A stretch of DNA of 59,385 bases from Octopus bimaculoides (Eukaryota): contig NC_068982.1 in the NCBI RefSeq assembly GCF_001194135.2, positions 109,450,731-109,510,115 of the forward strand, given 5' to 3'. Positions within the stretch are counted from its first letter, which is position 1. Each line of letters opens with the position of its first letter. The position numbers were made by a program, and so were the translations under genes. The notes under the pieces are model-generated. The model did no database searches. It saw only the letters and a list, made by a program, of their open reading frames with translations, and was not told the DNA's origin. Positions 25,805-38,620 of the stretch are shown one piece after another.

Positions 25805-25965
25805 TATTATGACCGTCTGTCCTTACGTTATGAGTTCAAAATCTGCCGAGATCGACTTTGCGTTTCGTCCTTTCGGGGTCGATAAATTAAGTATTAGTTG
25901 TGTACTGGAGTCGATCTAATCAACTGACCCGCTCCCCACAAAAAATTCAGGCCTAGAAAAGTATC
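25805..25965 (+). mobile_element. Family A SINE, inverted relative to the two upstream copies
   Basis: gagttcaaaatctgccgagatcgactttgcgtttcgtcctttcggggtcgataaattaagtattagttg. Confidence 0.85.
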
Positions 25966-26588
25966 TTGTGACAGTTACAGAATATAGAAAGTAATATAAC
26001 ACCAATGACTATATAATCCAACCAAAATATCTGTTACACAAATGTAAACATAATTACTATTTAACCTTAAAATACATCGTGCATATTCAAAGAACCTTAA
26101 TGTACAAATTGAAATGCAAAAGAAGGAAATGATAAATGGATTTATGAATGAAAGTTTGGTAATTGCGTTTATTTCCACCAAGCGGCACTTATTTTTGCAA
26201 ACATATTTTAACTAACCTAAACTAACACACACAAATACATTCATATATATATATGTCTCGAGTTGTAGCTGTAATTCAAAGGAGCCAACCTTGTGATATT
26301 CTGTGTGAGGCTGAATCTCTCTGAGAACTACGTTAATGTTATGCATGTCTGTGGAGTACTCAGCCATTTATAAGTAAATTTTATCCTCGTGTGATAATGA
26401 ACAGTGAAATTGACATCCAATATTTGCCGTGTGTATGTATCTAAGTAGGAACTTTTCTTTGGATTTATGTATCTACTGCCTTTCTCACTTTCTCTTTCAC
26501 TTCCTTTGTGTCTCTCTTCTCTCCCGCTTTTGATTTAACAATGTGTATATGTATTTATGTATCTACTTCTCTTGCGATGTAATAAAAA

Positions 26589-27098
26589 TTTAAAAACGCA
26601 AAACGAACGCCGTCACCACCCACTGTCTCTTTCACCCTTTCTCTTTCTCTCTCACTTTTTCTCTCTCTCACTCTCTTTCTCTCTTACGTCCTCTCTGAAA
26701 CATTTAAAAACACAAAACGAACGCTGTCACCACTAACTGTCTCTTTCACTCTCTCTCTCTCTCTCTCTCTCTNNNNNNNNNNNNNNNNNNNNNNNNNNNN
26801 NNNNNNNNNNNNNNNNNNNNNNNNNNNNNNNNNNNNNNNNNNNNNNNNNNNNNNNNNNNNNNNNNNNNNNNNNNNNNNNNNNNNNNNNNNNNNNNNNNNN
26901 NNNNNNNNNNNNNNNNNNNNNNNNNNNNNNNNNNNNNNNNNNNNNNNNNNNNNNNNNNNNNNNNNNNNNNNNNNNNNNNNNNNNNNNNNNNNNNNNNNNN
27001 NNNNNNNNNNNNNNNNNNNNNNNNNNNNNNNNNNNNNNNNNNNNNNNNNNNNNNNNNNNNNNNNNNNNNNNNNNNNNNNNNNNNNNNNNNNNNNNNNN

Positions 27099-27150
<52 letters not shown>
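26589..27150. repeat. About 114-bp tandem unit containing a (CT)n tract, spanning an N gap
   Basis: tttaaaaac(g/a)caaaacgaacgc(c/t)gtcaccac...ctgtctctttcac at 26589 and 26703. The unit end ctcttac(g/t)tcctctctg recurs after the gap. Confidence 0.7.
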
Positions 27151-27160
<10 letters not shown>

Positions 27161-29699
27161 TTCCTCTCTGTCCTATCTCTCGCTTGTTCTTCTTCGATTA
27201 CTATCGTAAACAGTAGTAGTTTTCTTCAGCAGAATACACGTGTTTAAAATTACACAAATACAACAATTTTAAAACGAAATAACTTCTAAAATACGAAATT
27301 TTGTCAAAAATGTTCAAATTAAACCGTGTTCTGTGTGAGAAATTACAGCAGTATACGAAGTTTCAAACTGTTTAGTTAAAAAAAAAAAACTAATTAAAAA
27401 AATCTGTGAGCCAAACTGAATAGTAATATGCGCTGGGTATGACAGGAAACAGCATCCAGTTGAGTCGTCTCGACGTGGGATAATTATGATTACCCTTAAC
27501 CACAACTACCTTCAAGTCACCGTTGGGCAAGGTGTAGTACCTGTAAGCCCATTCCGAGCCTTGAGTTACCAGGTTGGCGTCCAGTGCGGTTAAGTCTGTC
27601 TCATGGGATGCGGGTGTCCCTTTAGCCCTGGTCAGCAACCCCTCTAGAGATGGTGTCTCAATAGAAGCATTGGTGGTTGAGTCACCTTATCACTAGAATC
27701 GTCATGAGAACAAATGTCAAATACAAGGTATAATACAGGATCCACAAATAAACATAATATAATGAACGATTTTTTGGATCCTTTCTGTTTGGTTGCCAGC
27801 GGTTCCAAAAATTAAAGTTTACCGAAAATTTTAAAATTTGTCACAATAATACACTTGCCCTAACTGAATTGCTGGAGTTATTTCATTTTTTACCAGAAAA
27901 ATGTTTTTAAGAAGTTATAGGGGTTTAAACTTTGATCATTTTCACTCAGTCAAGAAACAGAATTTGGAAGCTGTGATTTTGTGCGTGACCGCATATTTTG
28001 TCGTCAATATCCTGAAAATAGCACGTGTTGTCAATATTTGTAAACAACACGTGTTATGTCTCCGGTAATTTTCTTTCATATAAATAAATCTTAATGTTAA
28101 CTTGAAAATTTGCCAGCAAAATCTTATAAAATGACAATGTTCNNNNNNNNNNNNNNNNNNNNNNNNNNNNNNNNNNNNNNNNNNNNNNNNNNNNNNNNNN
28201 NNNNNNNNNNNNNNNNNNNNNNNNNNNNNNNNNNNNNNNNNNNNNNNNNNNNNNNNNNNNNNNNNNNNNNNNNNNNNNNNNNNNNNNNNNNNNNNNNNNN
28301 NNNNNNNNNNNNNNNNNNNNNNNNNNNNNNNNNNNNNNNNNNNNNNNNNNNNNNNNNNNNNNNNNNNNNNNNNNNNNNNNNNNNNNNNNNNNNNNNNNNN
28401 NNNNNNNNNNNNNNNNNNNNNNNNNNNNNNNNNNNNNNNNNNNNNNNNNNNNNNNNNNNNNNNNNNNNNNNNNNNNNNNNNNNNNNNNNNNNNNNNNNNN
28501 NNNNNNNNNNNNNNNNNNNNNNNNNNNNNNNNNNNNNNNNNNNCCGCTGGCAACCAAACAGAAAAGATCCAATTTTTCATTTTATCACACTATATTTGAT
28601 ATTCAAAGAGTTAAAAAGGAAATCTAAATACTTAGAACACTGAACTAAAGAATTCATACCAGAATTGAAAGAGAATGTACTCGACATTTAATGAGAATTT
28701 TTAAAATTAGATTTATGTTTTTCTCCTTCTGACATAGTTGTCGAGATACCGTATGTTTCCTTCTTAACGATAAAGTAACTTAAGACTTTAAACAAAATTA
28801 TTACAACGGCAATAAAAATAACAACAGAAGGAAAAAAAAAAAAAAAATCCGAGACCTGCGTGAAATGTAACGAAAACAATAAAATGTTTATAATGACACT
28901 AATAGGATTAATAAAAACACCAAATAGTTTTGATAATCAACAACTATAGCGACATTATTCTAAATGTTAACAAAGCAACAAGAACAGAAACCTAACAACA
29001 AAACTGGCAATGCAATAAATTAACACCAAAATGTTAGCAACTCAACCATGACAAATATATGAAGTGCAACAACAACAAATCGAAGTAAAATGTGTAACAG
29101 GCATTAGATATGTGACATTTCCGAGAGGATGGCATTTAGTGTTTAATGTAGTATGGCCAAAAGCGTGAGTAAAAATATCTGACAGAAGTGTTGGAACAAT
29201 TTACTTGTGAGGCATGTCAGGTAACCTTCAGGTATTTCAATAAATACCAAAGGCAGCCCCACTACTCATTACATTTCTTTAGCATCTTAACAACTATACT
29301 TTACCTCTCCGAAGCAACAGTTCATAGGAATAGTTTGAGATTTACAAATTTTAAGGGGGAAATTGGCTAAAATAGACTTGTCATATTCAGGGTTATAAAA
29401 GCTTTCATCCGTTAGAAATATTTTAAATAAACTTTATTTGATGTTTTTTTTCTGCTTACTCTTTTCTTTCACCTATTACTGCAGTATGCTAACGAGGATT
29501 TCCTTGAAGTTCAATATTTTAAAGTTAGTCAAATTATACACGAGCATTTAACATTTTGAACGTAGAATTAAACTCTTATAAGAGTTTGCATGAAACCCTC
29601 TTTTCAGGAACTAAACAATATTTTAGTAGCAACATATTCCCTAAATTAATGTTTGTGCATGAATAGTGCATACATGCATGCACGCACTCGTATGTGTGT

Positions 29700-29900
29700 T
29701 GCAGGTCTCTCAAGTCGGTTTCATCGTAGGATTGTTCATGTCTCATCACCAGAATGTATTACTCATACCGTTATCTGTAACTGAGCTCACACACACACAA
29801 AGAAAGAAGAAATTCTCGTTACACAAATGGCAAAGCTTCGAATCACAAGTCCGGTTCATTCGATGGCTTCACAACAGCTTTGTTTCAGGCAATGCAATCT
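29700..29900 (-). mobile_element. Possible small, highly decayed mariner fragment
   Basis: Minus strand ...tctggtgatgagacatgaacaatcctacgatgaaacc gives SGDET*, resembling TGDETW, downstream of an RKLC-like segment. Confidence 0.25.
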
Positions 29901-32490
29901 CCTCATTTAATGTAGGTCAATTTTGAGATGGATGATACATGCCAAAGTGCCACGCACGTTGATGGAATCCGAAATTCCGAGATTACCATCCGAAGTTAAT
30001 TGTTCAGCACATGATCAAGACTTATGTGATAAACAGCAATGCAAAACAATATGTTTCGGTTAAAAATCTGAACTGCTCATGAGCTTCTTAGGGACCACCA
30101 GCTCGGTTTTTGTTGGGTCGAATATGCCTGAAACATGCTTTTCTATATCATTTTCCGGTGCTCTAGCATTTTTGATAACTCCGGTAAAAGCAATGTTACG
30201 ACACTTGACATGGAAAAGCTTTCGATAAGAAAACCTCTTATTTAAGTTACCAATATAGGACCTCCACTCATTTCTTACGTCTTGTTTTTCATACTTTTCT
30301 CTCAGAGTGATCTCCGAGAGCATGTTTTGACGTGGATACTTCCGACTCAAATAATCAATTCGCTGCTCTACTATAACACAGTCTTCTTTCCTATTTTCCT
30401 TATGTCATCTCAATTTCATTAACTATACATATCTTGTTTTACTTCCTTAACAATGACATTGATCATATTTTCATCTCCCAAACGACGTAAAAAAAAGTGA
30501 TATCAGTAATAACATTGTTCTACTCCAGCATTATTACCGCAGCATACACCCTCTTGCCACATGATGTCAAGCACTACATATTTGAGAAGACAAGGTTTCT
30601 TTGATTTAGCTGTCAACAATTTGATTAAATTTCCGGAAGCTGTAATAGCTGACGGAACACAAACTGCGAAACTTGAATATATAAACCCCGTCATTTCCCT
30701 TTTCGAAAATACAGCGAATAGATATCTAATTCTTTGAATCTTACTTTGAGCTTAAAACAGCCATTCAGTGATATGTGTGTGCGCATATACTCATTATGTA
30801 TGTCGGTTCACGTATAACCAATGTGACTCAATTTGAATAACCTCCCTTCGTATGACACATCCTCTCACTCTCTTCATAATTCACACTTTTCTAATTCTTT
30901 TCTACTTCCATTCTATCTCTACTTTAATCGGCGTATTTAAAACAGAGAAAGAACTATACAGGTTAATGTTTCTCGGCTAAGACACGTGCTATTTGTTCTC
31001 TACAAGCAATAATAATAGTGACTATGCTAACTTAAAAAAGCACCTATCAATAATATCTAAACATCATGTGACAAGAATCAAAGAACGAAGCTAAAAATTA
31101 TAAACAACCAACAAACTAAATTTCATTAATAGAAAATCGAAAGCACAATGAAAAGAGACAAAATAAAATAAAATGCATGAATGAAATAAAAGGCATAGTT
31201 AGAAAAGGAGATAAGCGACAGAGGCCTTTGGATTGTTAAAATCTCGTATTTCACGTATTGTAGCCCAATAAAATGGTTTCTTTTAGTTTCTGGTGAGATA
31301 AGTCACAGTTATCGCTTCGTTTCGAGCAATTCCATCATGCACAAATGTATATATAAGCTAATTTTATATGCACTCGTAAAGACATAAATACAAATGTATA
31401 CCCTACTAACAGAAACATGTTTAATGCCATATGTAGCATATCCATTACCAAGCCTAACATGCTATAAACACTACATGGAAGGTATAAGTTACTTATCCTA
31501 GATATAAAGGAGTGCAATAAATTGGAGTTGTGACGCTTAAACATTTCCCAAAGTTATTAGAAGCCTGGGTGGTATGGAATGTTTATTTTGTAAGAGAATT
31601 TATTGTGTTATAATAATTGTTATGCTCTTGATACAACAAGAATTCCTTCTATATCTTTCTAATTACTTGATACGTCCTTAATATTAGATCAGTAAAATCT
31701 TATATATTGATCATAAAATATTATTTCTAAAAGTGATTCTGACTTCAAGTATTCTGCCTTGTGTCTTTAACAAGTGCATAAATTTTCTGATCTATTTGCA
31801 AAATGATGTATAGGGGTAGATTTGGAAATATTGTAGAAATACTTAACTATCGAAACGTTATTATGCTACAATATATAAAACCTATTTTTATTTGAGATAA
31901 ATATATTTAGTTTGCTTAATAAAGATCTCACACAAACTACAGTTTAACATTGATACTCAAATATTTAACGTATCTCAGTGTGGTTTCTTGGTATCAAACT
32001 TTAGATTTTATCAGTTTGTTTTTGTCACTGCATGTCCGGATTCTGCATTGTAGCCCGATTTATTACGCAGATATCTTTTTAACTATCATTATGTAGAATT
32101 ACTTAAACTATTAAATATCAGTGATCTAGAGCTCCTTCCGTGTTTCAATTCGATAATTAGATAAGCAATCATAAGAATATATCACCTAATAAACACCTTC
32201 TGTAGACAGCTGCTTACATGACATTTAGTAATTAAGTTTTGTATTTAGATATAGTTAAGCGAACAGGAACTTGCTGCCAATTGATCAATGGCTGAAGAGC
32301 TTATTATATCTCCTGAGAGATATAATCAACATTTTATAGAGTGAATACATAAACACAGTATAGTATTTTTAAGCATTAGACAATTCTTAGGATGGAAGTT
32401 TATTACTTTTTTAATGTTGATGAGTCAAATTTTCACAATTTTGTTCATGATTATGAAGAAGCTTTAAACATATTTTCTTACTCTTTTCAG

Positions 32491-32750
32491 CAACAAATCT
32501 CAGGAATGGAATGCATATAGAAGATTTCTTTGAAGTGCAGCAAAATACATCTTTTTTATATTTAAAATCACCTTTAAATCGCGAGGACACTGCAGAATTA
32601 CATTTCACTATTTTATGTACGGTACATCTACCAACCCCAAAAGTTTCTACATTTAAAAGAAACATTAGAGTGATTGTCGGTGACGTTGATGATAACCCAC
32701 CTTTATTTCAAACATTACAACATTTTCAAAGAACAATTAATCCAGCGGAG
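32491..32750 (+). CDS. Ret: Ret exon C (second half of CLD2 and Ca2+-binding linker); 260 nt, phase 1 to 0
   Basis: Acceptor ttcttactcttttcag|CA and donor GAG|gtaaac. ...LKSPLNREDTAELHFTILCTVHLPTPKVSTFKRNIRVIVGDVDDNPPLFQ... matches human RET ALDREQ...VCTVH...VTVYDEDDSAPTF and the cadherin DxNDNxPxF motif. Confidence 0.92.
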
Positions 32751-32894
32751 GTAAACATTTCAGAAAGTATTCATACAAACGGGCATAAAGACTATTCTTG
32801 AATGGGATATAATTTTGTTGATGAACATATTTTTTACACATCCTGTTTGTTTACTTTATTGTAGAAAAAATTCCTTGAATATCTATTGTGCGAC

Positions 32895-33210
32895 TCTTAA
32901 TTCTCTCTACTCTTTCTCCACTCTTATTCTCCCTTTCCGCTCTTACTTGCCTCCCTTCTACCTTTGTCTTCTCTCTCTGTCTCCTTTTCTTTCTTTTCTC
33001 TCTCTTTCTGTCCTTCTTTCCCTCATACTCTATCTCTTTTTACCTATGCTCTTACTCTATCTTTTCTCCACTCTTACCCTCTCTTTTCACCCCTGCTTGC
33101 CTTCCTCGTACCTTTCTCTTCTCTCTTTTTCACCCTGTTTCTCCATTCTCTCTGCTCCTTCACCCCCTCTCTGTATCCTATTCTTTCTCCCGCTCTATAT
33201 TTCCTTTCCC
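32895..33210 (+). repeat. About 315-bp low-complexity polypyrimidine (CT-rich) tract
   Basis: Nearly all C/T on the plus strand with no single clean period. Confidence 0.85.
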
Positions 33211-33960
33211 CACCACGTGACCGGTGTCCGATGAAGGCGGTGTTGCTCTTTTTTGCCCTGCCTTTGACCAAACTGGTCATGCTTGTCTGGACTCTTGTTA
33301 CATCCATTAGAACTTACTCCATTTCATCCTGCGCACCCCCAATAAGTTCGTTCGATAGCTACACAGCTCTTTCTGTTGTTTTTGCATAATAATAATTATT
33401 TTTGTCTTCTATTGTATATAGCCGTAAGGATTCGTGCTGTAATACATGCATAATTCTTCGTCTGTATACAATCGCTAGCTTTTTCTCAGTAGCTTAAAGC
33501 AACACTGGCGCCTCCAAGATTGAGTGATCTCAATGATAATAGCGTGAAATCACGATGATATTTTGGCTCATTGACTGACGAGGAAAACTCAGCTGCAACT
33601 ATTCCGTGTATCGTGTTTTTGTCTATATTCTTCGTCCGTTAAGTTTTCGTCTAGTTTTCCGTTTGCTCTCCTTTCGTCTAACTTTTTCTCCTTGTTGTGT
33701 TCTGTCTGTTCAACCCTTGATACACACACACACACACACACATACACATACAAACACACACACACACACACACACACAATATACTACGCCAATAATGTGA
33801 AAAAGCTATTACCAGACAGACAAGTGGTACACTAAATTCACGCGAAGCTTTCCCTAAACTACAGTTGTAGCACATCGTGTATCTGTTACAAATTTTATTT
33901 ACTAATCACATTTGTCTGGAAAGCAATTAATTATATTATATCTCACCTCCAGTCTCTAAC

Positions 33961-34011
<51 letters not shown>

Positions 34012-34702
34012 GTATGTATATATGTTTGTATATGTGTATGTATGTGAGTATGTATGTATATGTATGTAGTATGTGTATGTGTTTATCATCCATATCATCG
34101 CATTCAGACTGAATAAGTATCCACTACGTCTCTAGCTATTTCGTTTAGCTTAAGTTTGTCATTAACTTTATCCATGACAAAAAAAAGGACAAAATAAGTA
34201 CTAACAAGATGTTGTTTCCGAGCTATCTCCACGTAAATTAATTGTTCCTGTATCTTATAAAAATGATATTTATATAAGAATGAGGACAACAAACGTTTTT
34301 TAAATGATATAGTAGAATCTTAATAATTGAATCTGTTTTCTATTTGTATCATGATTTTTGTGCACAGAATATGAAAAATATCCATTATACGAAACGTAAA
34401 AATTGTAGCGTTCCTCTCATTCCGAATAAGATAAACATGTAATAGAAAAATTAACCAATGAGCGAAGTTACTTTACTGAAAATGGCTAGCACGCTGGAGC
34501 ATATATGTCTTTGATTACTGCAATGAATAAATAAAACAGCCATTAACAGTAAACAGCTCTGTTATTATAGTAAAATTGAAATTGTCCTCTGACAAAATTC
34601 CAGTTAGTTTCTCCGACTGAGCTGATATTTTCTTGTGATTTCTTGACATTTTGCTTGTATGATTGTTTATTGCAGATATTCATATAGTGATGTATATTTC
34701 AG

Positions 34703-34895
34703 ACTATCAAAAGCTTATCTGCCGTGGTAACTGACCGAGACATGGCAACAGCTGATGAATACGAAGTCACAGCACGAAACGACCCTCTTGGCATTGTAAA
34801 AAATATTACAAAGAGAGAATTTCACCATGGGCAACTAGTGGACCAAAAACCTGTTGCGAATAGCCCCACGGCAACCAGTATTGCAGCAGTAATTG
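34703..34895 (+). CDS. Ret: Ret exon D (CLD3 first part); 193 nt, phase 0 to 1
   Basis: Acceptor gtatatttcag|ACT and donor ATTG|gtaata. TIKSLSAVVTDRDMATADEYEVTARNDPLGIVKNITKREFHHGQLVDQKPVANSPTATSIAAVI contains a cadherin DxD motif (human VFDAD). Phases fit exons C and E. Confidence 0.82.
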
Positions 34896-35540
34896 GTAAT
34901 AATATTCTTATCTTTATTTAGAAATTTATTTATTTGATATGTATTTTCAATTACTTCCTAATGGTTTTCTTATGATATTTCTTTTCTTTTCTTTTTTTTT
35001 ACGATTTCAGAAATATATTTAGACCTTTTGTTTTTCGCATGTCTCACAAAACATACACCAACGTAGAAGTGTGTATAAATACTCAAGGTTAGCGAATCCC
35101 ATTGACGGTTTATCCAGCAGTATTTATAGAAACTAGATAGTTTACTTGCAAATGTATTCAAACAGTATGTTTTTTCTCGTACAATGTCATAGTTGCATTA
35201 TTATATGATCTCACACTAAAAAGAATAGCACAATAAACCGATAGTGGGAAAAGTAAACTTATCGTTGTTTTATATTATATTTTGTTAACTGGTATCCAAC
35301 AGGCCAATTATTTCTTCATTTTTATCTTATTTTGTTTCTACTACTTATTCATTTGGAAGGTGACAGTGACAATAAATTGCCTGGGCAAATCGACTAAACA
35401 AATTCTACAATGAACGTTGTTCTAAATTACAGACTTATCAGTTGTTTAGCCAATTCTTACATCTTTCACCCGTATACTTCACCGAAAGACACGTTTGTAG
35501 ACACACACATATATATGGCTATTTCTAATTTAAACACAAA

Positions 35541-35660
35541 ACCAATAGTTTGAAAGGAGGATACTAGTCAATATCATCGACTCCAATAATTGACTGATAC
35601 TTCATTTTATCGTTCCCTAATAGATGAGAGACAAAGCTGATCTCGCGGGACTTAAATGAA
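35541..35660 (-). mobile_element. Family A SINE fragment, diverged
   Basis: agtcaatatcatcgactcc...gactgatacttcattttatcg...gagacaaagctgatctcgcggga. Confidence 0.5.
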
Positions 35661-35669
35661 TAGATAAAG

Positions 35670-36115
35670 GAAAAAAGGAAACTAAGCTATAGATATTGTA
35701 ATACCTGGAGATGCGTGCAGGAGTGACAAAGAACTAGAAAAGATTGAAAAGTACAGACTACTAAAAGACGAAATTGCAAGAACGCGGACTATGAGGAGAG
35801 TATCAGTCATACCTGTAGTTGTAGGGGCACTCGGAGCACTAACAACCAGTTTCGAGAAATATGTCAAAGAAATCGGAATTGATATGAGAGAAGAGCAAGC
35901 CCAAAAGCTGCTCTGCTGGGGACAGCTATGATTTTGAGATTGGTACTTGGATGTTGAATGTCTTCTACGATTATTAACAGCCAAATATCAAAGCTTATAA
36001 TGTGCGGAAAGATACACTGTGAGAGCTCTGACACCAGCCTACTGTCTGCTCCCACAGAATCTGCCAGAACAACCAAGACCGAACGTTCTGAGAAATAAAA
36101 CAGTAATAATAATAT
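35670..36115 (+). mobile_element. 3' end of an R4/Dong-like non-LTR retrotransposon (RLE endonuclease domain) with (TAA)n tail
   Basis: IDIVIPGDACRSDKELEKIEKYRLLKDEIAR...VSVIPVVVGALG...EIGID and, in a shifted frame, ALLGTAMILR. This is the typical RLE C-terminus (KxxKY, PVVVGALG). Confidence 0.8.
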
Positions 36116-36272
36116 ACGATGGACTTCTACATATGTTTCTTCTACCTCATTTCACTCCCAATCTTGTCAGACCAAAACTATGACTAAAGACACTTTCGTA
36201 AGGCTCTGTACTGTCGGATCAAAACAAGACTACGTGGTCGCGAAACAAACTTCATAACCATGCAGCCATGTA
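36112..36272 (-). mobile_element. 5' half of a CORE-type SINE, diverged
   Basis: atatacgatggacttctac...actacgtggtcgcgaaacaaacttcataaccatgcagccat. Confidence 0.55.
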
Positions 36273-36842
36273 TATTTGAATGTCAGTTCCATTTATTTTA
36301 TAGTATAACAAAGAAAAAAGAAGTATATCAGTTAGCTGAACACAAGTGACAATCAAGTTTTAATTAATGATAAATTTATGTATAATAATATATAAATGAA
36401 CTCTTTGCTCTAGAAGAATGCGATGAAAGATATAGTTTGATTTGATGGATTTGATATTGCAGTGATTGCACAGATAAGCAGACAAGTATTTAATGAACAA
36501 GCTGATGACTTTAATTGAAATGCTGTTTGTTATTTTTACTGATTATCTTAATATGATATTGAATTCTGCTGCTTTGCAATTTCGTTTCGTATATATATAA
36601 AAATAGTTGTGAATATTGCGAAGCGTCTTTCAATAAATGCTTTCCAACAAAGGAAGATACATTTCATCTCCTTAAAGATGCATTTATTTTTCTTTTCCTG
36701 CAATAGCACCCTATCTGTTATCTCGATGCATAAACTATAATTTGAAACCGAATGGCTGTGATCTAATCTAAACTAGCACACTTGTATACACCAATAGCCA
36801 ACTAATTGTTTTATGTATCTGAAAACGAGACCGAAACTATCA

Positions 36843-36932
<90 letters not shown>

Positions 36933-38003
36933 GGGAATATTGAATATTTCTTTGTTAACCTTAACGTCATGTTTCCTCTTCAATCCCTTTGTAATGAGGC
37001 CTTTTCGAAGATTTAGGAGATAATTAAGACCACAAATTTTCTTTGTCGAAATATCCGACAATTGCATTCCTGAAACAACTAGTGGTTCTCTTTCATGCAT
37101 TAATGTAAGTATGGAGTTATTTACTAATATAACGCAGGGACATATAATATTATTTCAATGCAGCAGGGGGCTAAATGTAGTCGTAACTCTATCCTGTATA
37201 AATGCTTCCTCCTTGTTGGAACTCGAGGTAACCGCACAGCATTTAATCAAACGCTCCAGTATCATAATTTTATTAACATGCATTCAGTTACATTCATATT
37301 TCAAGGAATTTTTATTATATGTTGATGTTTCTTATGATTTTAACAAGAGAAATTACATTGATAACGGATACGCAATATCCTTATCTTTCCTGAATCACCA
37401 CTACTGCCACTTTAAATAACACCACGGTGTGACCTCAGTTCACATCATAACTAATTCATTCACATCAAATACACCTGATTACTCTTGCGAGATTTCTTTA
37501 CAATTGTTGCTATTCTCATTTTCGTAAAAGACTTGCATCTTGTAAGCCATCTTGCATACACACAGCAAATCCTCCATCTCTTTTTGCTGATTCTTCTTTA
37601 CGATTATTTTTCGCCTCTAACACATGTACCTGAGAACGTTTGTGTAAGATGGTATGTACATATAAATATATACACACATGCATGTGAAAATAGCGATATT
37701 CATACTTGTAACTATCAGTCCATTTGTTTTTATTCGAAGCTACATATCAATAAATATATGAGTGCGTGTTTCATGTGAAAACACACAAATGTCTATCAAC
37801 TAAACTGAAAGAATATTTAGTACATTTAAGTATTGTATTAAATTAATTTTTATAAGGAAAATGTTGTCAGTGTCTTTGAAATATCACTAATGATTGGCTT
37901 CGTTTTTCTTATTAAAATAAATATCAAAAATAAATTCCAATCAATCAATCCATCAATCATTCATTCATCAATCAGTCCATCCATCTGTGTGTGTGTGTGT
38001 GAG

Positions 38004-38090
<87 letters not shown>

Positions 38091-38394
38091 CCTCTCATTA
38101 AAGCATTATCGTTTAAAAGTGAAAATTCGAGTTTGAATCCACTCTAAAGTTCTGTTATAGATTTCAGAATAAGACACTTAATGATAATCAGAAATGGAAA
38201 CGATCGTACCTTGGTGTAAGCCTCTAACCATGAAACAAGGTTAAAAATCTGGGAATTTCGTAGTATCGTATTTAAAAGATTAATTTTTGTTATATATTGT
38301 TATAATTACATTTAGAAAGTATTTTAATTCAAACAATATGTAACTTGTAAGTAGACAATTTTAATTCAAACAATATATAATATGTAAGCGGAAA

Positions 38395-38620
38395 TATTAG
38401 TTTCAAATTTTGTCACAAGGTCAGCTAGTTTGTGAAAGTGGGTAAGTCGATAACATCGACTCCCAGAGCTCAACTGGCTTTTTGTATTTTTAATCGACCC
38501 CGGAAAAGATGAAAGGCAAAGTCGACCTCGGCGGAATTTGAACTCAAAACATAAAGATGGACGAAATGCCGTATAACATTTTGTCCGGCGTGCTAATGAT
38601 ACTGCCAGCTCGCCGCCGAA
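38395..38620 (-). mobile_element. Family A SINE
   Basis: gaaaggcaaagtcgacctcggcggaatttgaactc...ctgccagctcgccgcc. Confidence 0.85.

Noticed and set aside
30060-30694. Two minus-strand ORFs of 96 and 63 aa
   Set aside because: No recognisable motif or splice framework; probably an old TE relic.
34472-34553. 16-bp imperfect inverted repeat upstream of exon D
   Set aside because: AT-rich, two mismatches and a 50-nt loop; plausibly chance.
35682-36076. Minus-strand ORFs of 100 and 70 aa
   Set aside because: They are shadows of the plus-strand RLE retrotransposon remnant.
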